Translations under genes and position numbers: made by a program
Source of the DNA: Vairimorpha necatrix
Taxonomy: Eukaryota
Length of the DNA stretch: 64,000 nt
Direction of reading: 5' to 3'
NCBI GenBank assembly: GCA_036630325.1
Contig: CP142733.1
Coordinates: 186,001 to 250,000, forward strand
The notes under the pieces: model-generated
Seen by the model: the letters and a program-made list of their open reading frames with translations, nothing else
What the model was told of the DNA's origin: nothing
The model's database searches: none
In this document: positions 12,136 to 27,235 of the stretch, piece after piece
Layout: each line of letters opens with the position of its first letter
Position numbering within the stretch: position 1 is the first letter of the stretch

Positions 12136-13729
12136 AAAAAATAAGTTGAATTGAGACACGAATATGTGCTAACTATCTTTGATTTGTTGTATTAGTCCAT
12201 TTAAAATGTACTAGATAACACTTTGACAACTGTAAATAAAATAGGTGAAAGGGTCTTTTTGATATAATTGATATTAAACGTAATTTATAAAAAATTTGAT
12301 ACAAAATATTGTCAAACCTATTAAAGAAAAAAAAGACATAGAAACACATCTACAAAAAAATGGATATTGTTTGTAAAAATGTTAGAATTTGATTTTAAAT
12401 TGGATAAATACAAGACCAATATAGTTATGATATTGTGAAAAATTTATGAAACTAGAAACTAATTTAATATTTACATTTCTCTTTGTTATGTGTATCAAAA
12501 AAATAAATTAACAATTAGAATCGCATTCAAATTACGACATACATTAAAATAACAGACTTGAAGTAACATCACAAGTGAATTTTTCAAAATGTCCTAGACA
12601 TGATAAGACGATTTGAGAAACGGACAAGATAAAAAACAAGACTAAGTATCGGAGTAAATTTTTTAATTCAAATTTTTGACCGTATCAAAAGGTAAAATTT
12701 AATTTGTTCGTTTAGAAAAAAAACAAATTCAAACAAACACGAATTATCAAACAAAAAAATTTTAAACAATTTTGAAAAATTCGAAAATTTAAATATGTTT
12801 TTTTTATTACTAGTAAAAATCATAGAATAAATTATACTCATAGTATTATTATAATCAATAAAGATTTTACATGTTCAGTATCGTAATAAATTAAATCTTT
12901 GTGACTTGAGATGATTTATATGCTAAATGACATTCGTTAAATTGGGTTAAAGCGCTGTATTAAAATTATTAATAATATAGTAAGAATTAGATTACACTTA
13001 TCATTATTTTTTAGTTGAAGAAATATTATCAACATTTATACCTCATAATTAAATAATTGTGTATCATAAAAAATATTTTATTATCATTTTCTCTTTTTAT
13101 ATAACATTATAAATAAAATATTTCAGATTATTCTTGATGAAAGTACGAATATTAATCATAAGTAATGATTTAAAAAACTTGCATTTTCAATTGAGAAAAA
13201 TTAAAATGAAATGTTGTATATTAGAATTAAAATTGTTTAATATGATCAATTACAAGAAGTTATCTAGATACATGTGCTAGATAGTTGCCTGTTTAAAACA
13301 TCTGATCATGTTTATTTTATTTTTATAAAAATAAATTTTATTCAGTATTTTTTGTATTAATAATTACAATGTTTAAGAAATCTATAAAACAAAATGAAGA
13401 AAACAGTATTATATAAATCATCTTTACACATACAATAATTATAAATATGAGTATAGACATTCTTATCAAGATTAAATATGTTATAAAAATAACAGATGCT
13501 TCTACATAATGAAAAAAAAGACCACAAGAAAAAAATATTGTAAACAAAAAAAAATATTTTATAAAATGTTTATAATGCGATTATCTATTGATTTATATAC
13601 TTCTTTTGCATCGTTTCTTTTTTCCCCTCCAAAAACACCCTTTTAGAAAACAAATTAAAAAAGTTTATTGGTAAAAAACAAAATAAAACAAAAAAATGCA
13701 TATATTCAAAAAAATCAACATTACCCCCA

Positions 13730-14402
13730 ATGTTGCAATCAATCTATGTGTTTTCTGATGTTTTAAACTTCTGGAGAAACAAAGAAGCACTACAGTGTAA
13801 CAAGACGAATCTAATTATAGACAATTATTCAGATGACGTGAGGGCGTCGTCTGATGATAAAATTGTCGATTTGCCTACAGAAAAGGTTGTATTCAGCCAT
13901 TCTTCAGTTGACGTGGGGGCGTCGACTGAAGAAGAAAGTGTTGAAGAGGATCAAGAAGACTTGGTGGAAAATGTAGATATGGAGAATGAGGAGGCGAAGG
14001 AGAATAGTGAAAGCACAGAAGATTTGGCCGAGGAGAGCCATATTGAAGAAGGGAAAATGGGGGAGGATCCTAATAGTTTAGGAGAGGGACTAGAGGAGTT
14101 TGGGGGGGAGTGATGGCATATTAATGCCAAAAATCTTCTTCAAAGAGAAAGATGTCGGGGGGAACGAAAAAATAATAAAAAGCGAAGAACTTACAGAAGA
14201 AGATTTGAAGAGAATAGGTGATCAAATTTCCGATCTCTATTCTCTCCATCTTCTGGAAGTGGGTTTTAAAAGGATGAGGGAGGCGGAGGAGAACTATAAT
14301 AAGTCATGGAGAGGGAGAATATATAATGCAATAGGAAGACATTTCTGTTGTTTTGTGGAAAATGACGAAGATTCGGAGGATATTGAGGACGAATATGATT
14401 AA
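13730..14402 (+). pseudogene. Acidic orphan protein, array copy 2, frameshifted
   Basis: One extra G at ~14102-14108 (TTTGGGGGGGAGT versus TTTGAGGGGAGT in the other copies). Could be a real lesion or a homopolymer sequencing error. Confidence 0.7.
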
Positions 14403-15493
14403 ATAAATAATATTAACAACTTCTTTTCTTTGTTTTTATTTTTATTATCTGCATAATTATTTTATCTGAAGTCATAAAAATGATATTCTATTTTATATTT
14501 AAACATACTTTCTAACGTAATATCGTCTGTTCTATAAATTTGTTACAAAATAAAATATTAATTGTGATCTATTAACTGCCCACACAGCGTCCAATAAATA
14601 GGAAACGAACGACAATAAGAAATTTCTGTACTTCTATATTAAACACTCATTCGACAGCATTGTTGCATCATATAAAGGATTTTGAGAACAGTTCTAATGA
14701 ATTATAACGCCAGAGAACTTCAATAAACGAATATATTTATAGATTGTTTTCTATACTGATAGTTAAAAATCAAGATAATGATTACCCAATGAAAATTTCG
14801 CTTAGAAAAAACGATTTCATTTTTTATAATTTATATATTATGGTCTTTTATGAGTAAAAAAATTTTAAAGATAAAAAATAAAGAAAAGTTGTTCTTTGGA
14901 AATGTGATGTAATCATTTGTGGAATAATTTTGAAAGATCTGCATTGATACTTAATAAAACTCGATGCGAGCTAATAGTTGTTCATAAATTCTTTGGATCA
15001 AGTTAGTTGTAAGTTTATAAAACAATGCACATACATTACATTACATTTGTCAAACCAAAGAGACATAAACAACGAAACATAATCTATGAAGTAAATAAAT
15101 TGTTCTATCATTTTTTTGTAGACAAGAACTTAAGTTCAGTTTAAATGTTTTCACAAACATACACTCAGCAATAGATTCTGGCAATAGATTAAATGCAAAT
15201 TGCAATGCTACCGAGATCCCTCAAATGAATATTGAAAAGTCTCAATATTTAAGTTTCGGTTTTTTTAGAATACATTAAAACTGGATTTATTTTACATATT
15301 TTTATCGAAACAAATAAACTTTTCCTAATATTTACATATATATCCAGATATGTAAAAAAAAATAATTCCCGTCTATCTCGTATTATGATCAAGAATAAAG
15401 ATTAAAAACATTCTTTGGCAAGATTTTATAAAACATTTTGCTGGAATAAATCGGATAATACGGTATAAAGTACTTATACTCTTTGGAGATATT

Positions 15494-16557
15494 GGTACTT
15501 CTTTGGTATTTGATCGGGATTTAAAAAAATCCGCTCCTAAAAATGAAAAAAATTGGATATTAAAATTTCTGATCGAATACCGAAGAAAAGCACGAAAGTA
15601 AAAATTAAGCCAAAAAAGAGGCTTTTTACAGTATTTACGTTTGTTTAAACTCTCTAATCGGTTAGACGTGTTGATTGAAAAAAAATATTTTCCAAATGCC
15701 GTGAAGTTATTAATATTTAATGAGATGGGGATTAAAAGTTAGTATCTAGGTGTGCAAACTATATGTGCAGTGTATAAGTATCAGTAAATAGTGAAAGCAG
15801 TTGGCTTTGAACAACTACTGCGAATTAATATTTTTGATTCTACGTAGAAGCAGTTATTTTACAATAGAGGCAAAATTAGAAGTTAATCATCGAAAGTTGC
15901 TAATTCAAAAAAAAAACGACTAAAAAAATAGTATAAATAGAATGTCTAAAAATTTAATTATTGGTGAACCACGTAAAATTGTTAAAAATATGAGTCTGTT
16001 ATTTGCAGAAGATGTAAAATAAGATACCCAATAATTCTGAAGATTCAATTTCTGTACGGTTTGGAAATTAGGCATAGTAGAAGTTAATACCCCATTAAGT
16101 TTTTCATTAAAATAGTGGAGAATAGGACTGTCAGTGCCTAAAAGCAAATTTGAAATATAAAATAGATAAAATTTTAATTTTACATTTTGATGCTCATCTG
16201 AGTTATCCAAGTGTGGCACTAAATCTCTGTATCGAGCATAAATTCTAAACACTCTATTGGGTTCAAATCTTTAGATAGAACTTATATCAACAATATCGAG
16301 AACATTTGCTTGCAAGTAAAATTCGAAATGACCAAAATACATGGAGTTAAGCGTTAGGAAATAAATACTTGGGTTATTATATTTATGTTATGCCAAAGTT
16401 TTTGTATGGGAACCGATTTAAATGAGTTTTATGTTTGTTGTCTCAATTTATCATCTAATTTATTCAAATATATTATATTCCAAGTTTTTTTACATTTTTT
16501 CATTTGTTTTCATTACAAGGGGACTCTTGGAGTCTGATTGAATACCAAAGAAGCACC
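15494..16557 (+). mobile_element. Merlin-C relic, unit 2
   Basis: Same TIRs, flanks and internal sequence as 3672-4735. Confidence 0.75.
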
Positions 16558-18395
16558 AAGATATTTGTTGTACACTTTCTTCTATTTAGTGATTAATTAA
16601 TTTTCATGATTTTAATAAAAATTTAAGACATACTAACGGACAATATTAGCACTAAAATAGTCTATGTTTTTAAGTTAAAATTTCTTTGTAAGTGTGTTTT
16701 CTTAAATTTCATGTCGTAAAATTAGCCTTTTAATTGTTTCCTTGTGATCAGACAATAATAGTTTAAAAATGACGGACACGCCCATTGCATACAATAAAAA
16801 TAAGATGTACTTTTATTCACTAAACCCCATTTCTTATTAAAAAAAATATCACATTCTGATATATCCACGATCTTACTTCTTTCGGCCGTTAAAACACAAT
16901 AGCATCACAAAAATAATTTGACAATATGATATCTAACAATCATGAATTTTAGAATTTAAATCATCTTTTTTTATGGTTTATTTGTTATCAATAAAGCTAT
17001 TTATTACTCGAAGTTCTTATAACCAAATAAGATTTATTTTTTTATTTATAATGAAAATCATTATATCTCAAAAACGAACTCCATCCCAATACTCTTAATT
17101 TTTTATGAATATGCTTGATACAAGATAGGGTTTCATTGGGATGTAATTCAAGTATTTATTCTGTATTTCTCTTTATATAAAATTAATACTTTTCCTTCCA
17201 AGGCCGAAAAAATATCCATGATACACAATAAACCAAAATTTTCGTATATGTATTTAGTACAAAAATAAAAATTTTAAAATAAATCCAAATTTTTTTACCT
17301 ACTAATTTTTCTCTACTTTATGTTCATACCATATAGACATAATTGTATTACGTAAATTATTCCACGTCATAAATTTTTTTGTATTACATTTTTTTCTAGC
17401 ATTTCCGTCTTTTTATACAAAAATTATCTCGTGCTTTCTCTTTTTTGTTTCTTGGATTATACACAAAACGAAATTTTACAGCTAGCACTAAATCTAAGCC
17501 TATTAAATTGGAACATAATATGCTTAATATTATATCTTTTATGTTAAATATTTCTGAATATGTTTTTTGCCAAAAAAAATTTATAATTTACAGTTTATTT
17601 CTCTACATAAACCCGTAGAATATTTGATTGATTCATAAAATCGGTGTTGTGCTTAAAACACATTTTTTCTATAAAAAGTGAAATTTGAATATAATTATTT
17701 ATTTTATAACTGGAAGCACAAAAGCTATGCATATAATTTAACTAATTCGGTCAAATATAACAAGAAAAAAAATTATTAATACACTTCAAACATTTGCATG
17801 TGAAATGAAATAAAAGACATTGTTTTTCAACTTTAAAATAATAATTCATTAATTTGTTTTTAATGAAATCCTAGCTAATATAACATCCTATTAAAAATTT
17901 TCAATATAAAATTATTTTTATCTGTGTTTGTCAATTTAAAGATAAAAAGTATTCATTATGGTATAAAAGAGTTTTTTATATATTTAGAATTAAATATAAC
18001 TTTATTTTTAATTTAGATACTAGAGTGCAAGAAAATTTTTTTTACAAGTACTTTTATTTATATGTGTATTCTTTATTTTTAGTTCTCGTCAATAAATAAC
18101 AGTGTATTTCAATCTTTCATAATATTCTTTTATAAACCCTACTATTAACTTATTTGTTTAATTTATAGTTTAATTCAATATGGAGAAAAGATAGGCGGAT
18201 TTAACACTATGAAATCTATTCAATTTTCATAAATTACGTAGAGAAAAAAATTGAAAAATCATTTTTAACGTGGGATAATAAGAAGCTCTTGTTAGATTAT
18301 AAAGTTCGATTGAGGGAAGCGAAATTCGGGTTTTTTTACTTTCTGTGAAGAGCAGCTTATAAAACAACAGAGAATGATTTACATGATGCAAGAGA

Positions 18396-19480
18396 AGATA
18401 TTGAGAAGGAGAAGACGTAAATCAACGATAAGGTTTGAGGGGAGCCAGATCGAAGAATTATAGAGTTTGTAGTGGCGAATATAATGGGATTAAGGCAAGA
18501 AAAGGTATTGAGAATGAGAGTGCTTAAATAGACGATAAGGTTTGAGGGGGACCAGATCGAAGAAATTAAGACTTGTTAGTAGCAAGCTTATTAGAGACGA
18601 CGAGAAAGAGAAGGTAATCTGAAGGAGAAGACTTTAATCGACGATAAGGTTTGAGGGGAACCAGATCGGCGAAATATGACTTGTTAGTAGTGAGTTTTAT
18701 GAACATTAAGAGACAGAGAAGGTATTGAGAAGGAGAGTGCTTAAATAGACGATAAGGTTTGAGGGGAACCAAATCGGCGAAATATGACTTGTTAGTAGCG
18801 AGTTTTATGAACATTAAGAGACAGAGAAGGTATTGAGAATGAGAAGACATAAATCGACGATAAGGCTTGAGGGGGAAACCAAATCGAAGAAATTAATACT
18901 TGTTATCAGCAAGCTTATTAGAGACGACGAGAAAGAGAAAGTATTGGGAAGGAGAAGACATAAATCGACGATAGGGTTTGAGGGGAACCAAATCGAAGAA
19001 ACATGACTAGTTAGTGGCGAGTTTTATGAACATTAAGAGAAAGAGAAGATATTTGAATGAGAAGACTTAAATCGACGATAAGGTTTGAGGGGGGGAACAA
19101 ATCGAAGAAAACAAGACTTGTTAGTAGCAAGCTTATTAGAGACGACGAGAAAGTGAAGATAGTAATAATGAGAAGACTTAAATCGACGATAAGGTTCTGA
19201 GAAAAAACCAGATCAAAAGAATATGGCTTGTTAGTGGCGAGTACAGTGAACTTAAGGTAGAGAAGATATTTGAATGAAGAGACTTAATTCGATAATATTG
19301 TTTGAGGGGGAATCATGTTGAAGAATTATCAAATTGTATGTGGCGAGCTTATTGAACATTGAAAGAAAGAGAAGGTATTGAGAAGGAGAAGACTTAATTC
19401 GATAATAACGTTTGAGGGGGAACCATGTCGAAGAATTATAAACTTGTTAGTAGCGAGCTTATTAGAGACGACGAATGAGA
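18396..19480. repeat. ~108-bp tandem repeat block, about 10 copies (unit 2)
   Basis: Same core motif. A 36-codon periodicity is visible in the translation of 18566-18850. Confidence 0.92.
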
Positions 19481-20481
19481 GCAAATTGTTCTTGCTTAAG
19501 ATCGAAGTTTCTACTTAAGAACTGAATGCTATTTAGTCTAAGAATGAAAACTCATTTGTAGTATCCTTATCGAAACCAAAACAAGAGAAATTTTCTGCAC
19601 ACAGAAAAAAAAGAATGAGGTTATTTGTTCGAACTTCAAGAAAAAATTAAAGATATGGCAGCTTCTTAAAGAAACTCCTATCTGCGATGTAGTGATTTGA
19701 TCTGAAGAGATAATACACATAATGTGCAGAGAAGGCCTTTTGAGAATAAGAGTCGAGAGGTAAGTAACTATTAAAGCTGACGATGCTTAGAAGAAAATCC
19801 TGTGTGACTTGGCGCGATACGACTTAAATTTTTGAATTCACTTTAAAGTAAAATTTTTGTGAAGAGTTAACGATCTATATAATTGTCTTGAGACTCTAAA
19901 CGAGCATTGATACCTAAAAATATAAATTGACTAGAAATCCTGGGAAAATATTTAGATTATACCTTAAAAAATGTCTTTTTAACTAGTCAGTTATTGAATA
20001 AACACTGCTGTTATTTTGTTTGTTCGGCGGATCGTGTAAACATATAATATGTTTTTTCATCTTGCTTTGTATTAAAAATATTTCATCTGATAAGGTAAAC
20101 ATAAATAATAAAGTTCTTGTAAAATAAATCTGACGATCACAAACTTCACTTTTAATTGAATAGTAGTACGAAAGGAACATCATATTGTTGATTTGTATAT
20201 TTTTTATGGTGTGTTTTGTAATAAATTTTTTTATATCTAACCATAAAAAAATAATAACCCAGACCCAACCCATATTTATGCATTATTTTTTTTTCTATTT
20301 ATAGTTTTAAAATTCATGGAACGTTCTAAAACCAACAAAATTCTTTTTGACGTAAAAAATAAACATAAACAATTTTTGCTAATAAATGTTAATACATATT
20401 TTGATCGTATATAAAGTAAAATTTCTGTACACATTTTACAAGACAACAACACAAATAAACAATGCATTGTTTACAGAAAGA

Positions 20482-21453
20482 GGCTAAAGTGCACAATAGA
20501 AATATTTTTTTGAATTGAAATTTTTTAATTGTTTTTGACCTTTTTTTAAAAAATGGAGGAAGAAAGATGGAAAGGAAAAAAGAAAATTAACAAGTAGAAT
20601 AAAAGAATTAATAAAGCAGCAACGACTGAAGTAGAAGAATAATTTGGAGCATATACCTAAACAAATATGTTTTGCACATTGGCTCATCTGTTTCTATTAG
20701 GTATAAAATTTTATAGAGAACGCCAATTACCTTCTATGGTATTGGTATGAACTTCCGTGATTGAGTCTCTAAAGTGTAATGTATGGTTAACCATATGGTG
20801 TTGGCCAAATAAAGTACCTAAAGAATGTTGCTCTTCACATATCACTGTGTATGATACCTTTTCTATTTACATGTTTTAATAAAAGTTCTATTAGAGTTTC
20901 TTTATCTATTTTTTGATGTGTACTTGTATTATTTTACGTTCCATTGTACTTTCGGTCATTCCAAAACACCAAAATCCTTTGACTAGCTTGCCTCGGTAGT
21001 TTTTATTTTTTCCGATCTTTGTCTCATCAATTTCTACTATTATGTTCTCTCCGCCTACAATAATCATTATTAACAAATACTTATCGTAAATGTTCATTTT
21101 TTTTAGTTTTTTAAAACGTAGGTATTGTTTTTTTTGAACAAGGTAAAATTTGACAAATATACTTACTGGGTTACCCAAGAATCCACAGATTAAGTATTTG
21201 CAATGTTAGTAAATGACAAAGTTTAGAATCACTAAAGAAAGTGTCATGCCAAATAGAAATTGTCCGTCGACATCTCTTCCAAGTACAAGTCAGTAAATAC
21301 TCCTTTTTACTTACTTTACGTATTTTACCTCACATTGATCACAAATATTAATTGTTTTTTATCTTTTCAGTTCATTATATATGTTTCTAATTCTCCTCTT
21401 GTTTTGATCCTTCCTCTATTTTTCAAAAAATATTCCTATATTGCACTTTAGCC
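20482..21453 (-). mobile_element. Merlin-B relic at unit 2/3 junction
   Basis: TIRs as at 11166. ORF 20906-21178 has the ISXO2-like VEIDETK...YRG motif. Confidence 0.85.
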
Positions 21454-23042
21454 AAAAAACAAGTTGAATTGAGACACAAATATGTGCCATCTATCTTTCA
21501 TTTGTTGTATTAGTCCAATTAAAATGTACTATATAACACTTTGACAACTGTAAATAAAATAGGTGAAAGGGTCTTTTTGATTTAATTGATGCAAACGTAA
21601 TTTATGAAAAAAATTTGATACAAAATATTGTCAAATCTATTGAAGAAAAAAAAGACATAGGAACACATGCACTAAAAAATGATATTGTTTGTAAAAATGT
21701 TAGAATTTGATTTTAAATTGGATAAATACAAGACCAATATAGTTATGATATTGTCAAAAATTTATGAAACTAGAAACTAATTTATAGTTTACATTTCTAT
21801 TTTGTTATGTGTATCAAAAAAATAAATTAACAATTAGAATAGCATTCAAATTACGACATAAATTAAAATAACAGTCTTGAAGTAACATCACAAGTGAATT
21901 TTTCAAAATATCCTAGACATGATAAGACGATTTGAGAAACGGACAAGATAAAAAACATGACTAAGTATAATAGTAAATTTTTTAATTCAAATTTTTGACC
22001 GTATCAAAAGGTAAAATTTAATTTGTTCGTTTAGAAAAAAAACAAATTCAAACAAACACGAATTATCAAACAAAAAATAAGAAAAATTTTGAAAATTTAA
22101 ATATGTTTTTTTCAGTACTAGTAAAAATCATAGAATAAATTATAATCAATAAAATACAGTTTCTGTGTATAATTTTTAAATTAATTCTTTGTGAAATTAG
22201 ATGATTTTATATGCTAAATGACATTCGTTAAATTGTTAATAAGCGCTGTATTAAAATTATAAATAATATAGTTAGTATTAGATTACACTTATCATTATTT
22301 ATACTCGATAAAATATTATCAACATTTGAACCTTATAATTAAATAATTGTGTATCATAATAAATATTTAATTATCATTTTCATTTTTTATATAACATTAT
22401 AAATTTATTGTAAAATATATCGAATTATTTTTTAGAAATATATATGTTAATCACAAGTAATGATTTAAAAACTTGAATTTTTAATTGAGAAAAATATAAA
22501 TGAAATGTTGTATATTAGAATTAAAATTGTTTAATATGATCAATTACAAGAAGTTATCAAGATACATGAGCTAGATAGTTGCCTGTTAAAACACCTGATC
22601 ATGTTTATTTTATTTTTTAAAAAATTAATTTTATTCAGTATTTATTGTATTAATAATTACAATGTTTAAGAAATCTATAAAACAAAATGAAGAAAACAGT
22701 ATTATCAATAATCATCAAGCCTATCATCATCAAAACCTATACAATAATTATAAATATGAGTATAGACATTCTTATTGAGATAAATAAAATTATTAAAATA
22801 TACATATGCTTGTACATAATGATTAAAAAAGACCACAAGAAAAAAATATTGTAAACAAAAAAAAATATTTTATGAAATGTTTATAATATGATTATATATC
22901 GATTTATATACTTCTTTAGTATCGTTTCTTTTTTCCCCTCCAAAAAACACCCTTTTAGAAAACAAATTAAAAAAGTTTATTGGTAAAAAAACAAAATAAA
23001 ACAAAAAAATGCATATATTTAAAAAAATCAACATTACCCCCA

Positions 23043-23711
23043 ATGTTGCAATCAAGCTATGTGTTTTCTGATGTTTTAAACTTCTGGAGAAACAAAGAAG
23101 CACTACAGTGTAACAAGACGAATCTAATTATAGACAATTATTCAGATGACGTGAGGGCGTCGTCTGATGATAAAATTGTCGATTTGCCTACAGAAAAGGT
23201 TGTATTCAGCCATTCTTCAGTTGACGTGGGGGCGTCGACTGAAGAAGAAAGTGTTGAAGAGGATCAAGAAGACTTGGTGGAAAATGTAGATATGGAGAAT
23301 GAGGAGGCGAATAAGAATAGTGAAAGCACAGAAGATTTGGCCGAGGAGGGTAATATTGAAGAAGGGGAAATGGGGGAGGACCCTATAAGTTTAGGAGGGG
23401 GACTAGAGGAGTTTGAGGGGAGTGATGGCATATTAATGCCAAAAATCTTCTTCAAAGAGAAAGATATCGAGGGGAACGAGAAAATAATTAAAAGCGAAGA
23501 ACTGACAGAAGAAGATTTGAAGAGAATAGGTGATCAAATTTCCGATCTCTATTCTCTCCATCTTCTGGAAGTGGGCTTTAAAAGGATGAGGGAGGCGGAA
23601 GAGAACTATAATAAGTCATGGAGAGGGAGAATATATAATGCAATAGGAAGACATTTCTGTTGTTTTGTGGAAAATGACGAAGATTCCGAAGACATGGAGG
23701 ACGAATATTAA
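23043..23711 (+). CDS. Acidic orphan protein, array copy 3 (222 aa)
   Basis: Intact ORF, ATG after CCCCCA, near-identical to copy 1. Confidence 0.85.
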   Translation: MLQSSYVFSDVLNFWRNKEALQCNKTNLIIDNYSDDVRASSDDKIVDLPTEKVVFSHSSVDVGASTEEESVEEDQEDLVENVDMENEEANKNSESTEDLAEEGNIEEGEMGEDPISLGGGLEEFEGSDGILMPKIFFKEKDIEGNEKIIKSEELTEEDLKRIGDQISDLYSLHLLEVGFKRMREAEENYNKSWRGRIYNAIGRHFCCFVENDEDSEDMEDEY

Positions 23712-23930
23712 ATAAATATATATTTAAACTTCTTTTCTCTGTCTTTATATTTATTATCTGCATAATTATTTTTTTTATAATGTCATAAACGAGAATTCTT
23801 TTATATAATTTTATTACAACATGCTTTTTAACGCAATGCCGCCTTTTTCTATATATTTGTTACAAAATAAAATATTAATTGTGATCTAATAGCAGCCACA
23901 CATAGCGTCCAATAAATAGCAAACGAAAGA

Positions 23931-24152
23931 TGTCAGGCGACAGATCTCCATTGGTACTAAGATTATCCTGGAGATCTGAGAACACCATTCTGTGAGCATT
24001 CTCCCTCTTCCCAAATATAATTTTTGGAGGGGAAATCGGGATATTTCCCTCCTAAAATTATAAAGAAAACCATGCCCAGAAGGGTATGAAGAATAACAAA
24101 AATAATAGTTTAAAACATTCTTCTCGGGCTGATGGGAAACCATCAGTCAACA
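23931..24152. mobile_element. Solo LTR family A, unit 3
   Basis: Same as 1465-1686, TSD AAAGA. Confidence 0.75.
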
Positions 24153-24373
24153 AAAGACATTCAGAAATTCCTGTATAGATCATTTCTATACTTCTATAAT
24201 AAACACTCATTAGACAAATTTTTACAGCATACAAAGGATTTTGGGAATATCCCTAATGATTTTAAACGCTAGAGAACTAAAAATGAACTGTAGATTTTAT
24301 AAGAAATGTCCCATATACAGAAAGTTAAAAATTACAATCACTTTATCCAAAGAAAATTCCGCTTAGAAAAAAC

Positions 24374-25479
24374 GGTACATGACCGTTTGGAACCCGCTTT
24401 GAAAAATTCAAGAAAAGGGAAAAATTTAAAAATTATAAAAAAAAGAGACTTGACGATTTATTTTGAATCCAGAAAGAAGTCGATTAATCCTTTGGTTTTT
24501 TGGTATTTGATAAGACCATAGAAACTTGTAAAAATACTCATAGTCCTCGTTCTGGTTTATTCCATGTATAAACAGAATTTCTCCCTTCGAAAGAGACCAA
24601 AATCCTTCAATTTGTTGAGTATGTGTCTCGGGATCGTTAGGATTTACGAAATTGATAGAGCGATTCACAGTCCTATGCTCAATCCCTGTGATTTGTCTAA
24701 ATGCACACCATATGCTCTCCATTGATTAGTGATCACAATAGAACCAGGCAATACATTATCTTGTATTACCTTGAGAAGAGTAGCAGTATTTCTACTAGCT
24801 ACAGGGACGAGAAAGGCCTTTTTAGAACCTATTTAAACACCTCCTACATACCACTGACCTGTGGTATGATTACCACGATTATATTTAGCACGGAAGAATA
24901 GACTCTCGTCGATCTCCAGTACTTTAGGGATGCCGAACTCATCACGACCTCCTAACCTCTGACTATTATTGGTCACTTCCTCGATTATGCGATCTCTGCA
25001 GAGCAAACCATATGTAATTACGGGTTTTCTGTCTAGATCGAGATCATTTTCTATATAGAGGAAGGAAACTCTTTTGATGTACTTATATATCATTCTTATA
25101 ATTTTATAAAAACTTAATTTGGTATTTTCAAAAATAGAGTCCTTTCACACAGATTTAGAAGCCGTACAAGGTTTTGTACAATTCCAAACATATTTTCTAA
25201 TAGTCTTATTCTTCTAATCAATTTCATTGGCCTTTCAGAGTTGCATACAGTACAAAAAAAGTTGTTTTTTATTAATGAACTGCGTGCCAGAAAGATACAC
25301 GCTGTATAAGCATCATAAAATTTTCATTTATTTCCATGTTCAAAAACATGTCATCACAAAAGAGCTCATCTCCTTCAACAAAATTTGTTTTTGTCAATCT
25401 TTCCATTTTTTGAAAGGGGTCCTTTGAATTTTCAAAGCGGATTCATTTTCCCAAAGCGGGTTCCAAACGGTCATGTACC
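24374..25479 (-). mobile_element. Merlin-A DNA transposon, full length, disrupted transposase
   Basis: TIRs GGTACATGACCGTTTGGAACCCGCTTTG and perfect 8-bp TSD GAAAAAAC. Motifs EIDESLF and EHRTVNRS...THTQQIEGFWS. Empty site with a single GAAAAAAC at ~14805 in unit 2. Confidence 0.93.
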
Positions 25480-26171
25480 GAAAAAACATTTTTTATTTCA
25501 TAAAATTTATATATTATGGTCAATTATGAGTAAAAAACTTTTAAAGATAAAAAATAAAAAAATATGTTTTAGAAAAATGTGATGTAAATTTATTGAGAAA
25601 TCAATTCGGAATAGTTTTTTGTTGCTATCAAATAAAATTTTAATGCTAGCAAAGGAATTCGGGCATATTGAAAATTAAGCTGGTTTTAAGTTTAAAAAAA
25701 CAATACACACACGAACATGACATTTGTATTCCAATAACACATAAACAACGAAACATAATCTATGAAGTAAATAAACTGTTCTTCATTTGGGATTTGTAGA
25801 CAAGAACTTAAGTTCAGCTTAAACGTTTTTACAAACATAGACTTAGCAATAGATTCTGGCAATAGATTAAATGCAAATTGAAATGCTACCGAGATCCCTC
25901 AAATGAATATTGAAAAGTCTCAATATTTAAGTTTCGGTTTTTTTAGAATACATTAAAACTGGATTTATTTTACATATTTTTATCAAAACAAATGGACTTT
26001 TCCTAATATTTACATATATATCCAGATATGTAAAAAAAAATTTCCCGTCACTATCTCGTATTATGATCAAGAATAAAGATTAAAAACATTCTTTCGCAAG
26101 ATTTTATAAAACATTTTGCTGGAATAAAAATAATAATACGATATAAAGTACATATACTTTATAGAGATATT

Positions 26172-27235
26172 GGTGCTTCTTTGGAATTCGATCGGGATTT
26201 TTAAAAATCTGCTCCTAAAAATGAAAAAAATTGGATATTAAAATTTCTGATCGAATACCGAAGAAAAGCACGAAAGTAAAAATTAAGCCAAAACAGAGGC
26301 TTTTTACAGTATTTACGTTTGTTTAAACTCTCTAATCGGTTAGACGTGTTGATTGAACAAAAAATATCTTTCAAATGCCGTGAAGTTATTAATATTTAAT
26401 GAGATGGGGAATAAAAGAGTAGTATCTAGGTGTGCAAACTATATGTGCAGTGTTAAAGTATCAGTAAATAGTGGAAGCAGTTGGCTTTGAACAACTACTG
26501 CGAATTAATATTTTTGATTCTAAGTAGAAGCAGTTATTTTACAATAGAGGACAAAATTCGAAGTTTACATCGAAAGTTGCTAATTCAAAAAAAAACGACT
26601 TAAAAAATAGTAAAAATAGAATGTCTAAAAATCTAATTATTGGTGAACCACGTAAAATTGTTAAAATATGAGTCTGTTATTTACAGAAGATGTAAAATAA
26701 GATACCCAATAAATTCTGACGTTTCAATTTTTGTACGGTTTGGAAATTAGGCATAGTAGAAGTTAATACCCCATCAAGTTTTTCATTACAATAGTGGAGA
26801 ATAAGACTGTCAGTGCCTAAAAGCAAATTTGAAATATAAAATAGATAAAATTTTAATTTTACATTTTGATGCTCATCCGAGTTATCCAAGTGTGGCACTA
26901 AATCTCTGTATCGAGCATAAAATCTAAACACTCTATTGGGTTCAAATCTTTAGATGGAACTTATATCAACAATATCGAGGACATTTGCTTGCAGGTAAAA
27001 TCTGAAATGACCAAAAACCATGGAGTTAAGTTTTAGGAAATAAATACTTGGGTGATATATTTATGTTATGCCAAAGTTTTTGTATGGGAACCGATTTAAA
27101 TGAGTTTTATGTTTGTTATCTTGATTTATTATCTAATTTATTCAAATACATTATATTCCTAGTTTTTTCACATTTTTCATTTGTTTTCATTACAAAGGGA
27201 ACTCTTGGAGTCTGATCGAATACCAAAGAAGAACC
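26172..27235 (+). mobile_element. Merlin-C relic, unit 3
   Basis: Homologous to 3672-4735. Confidence 0.72.
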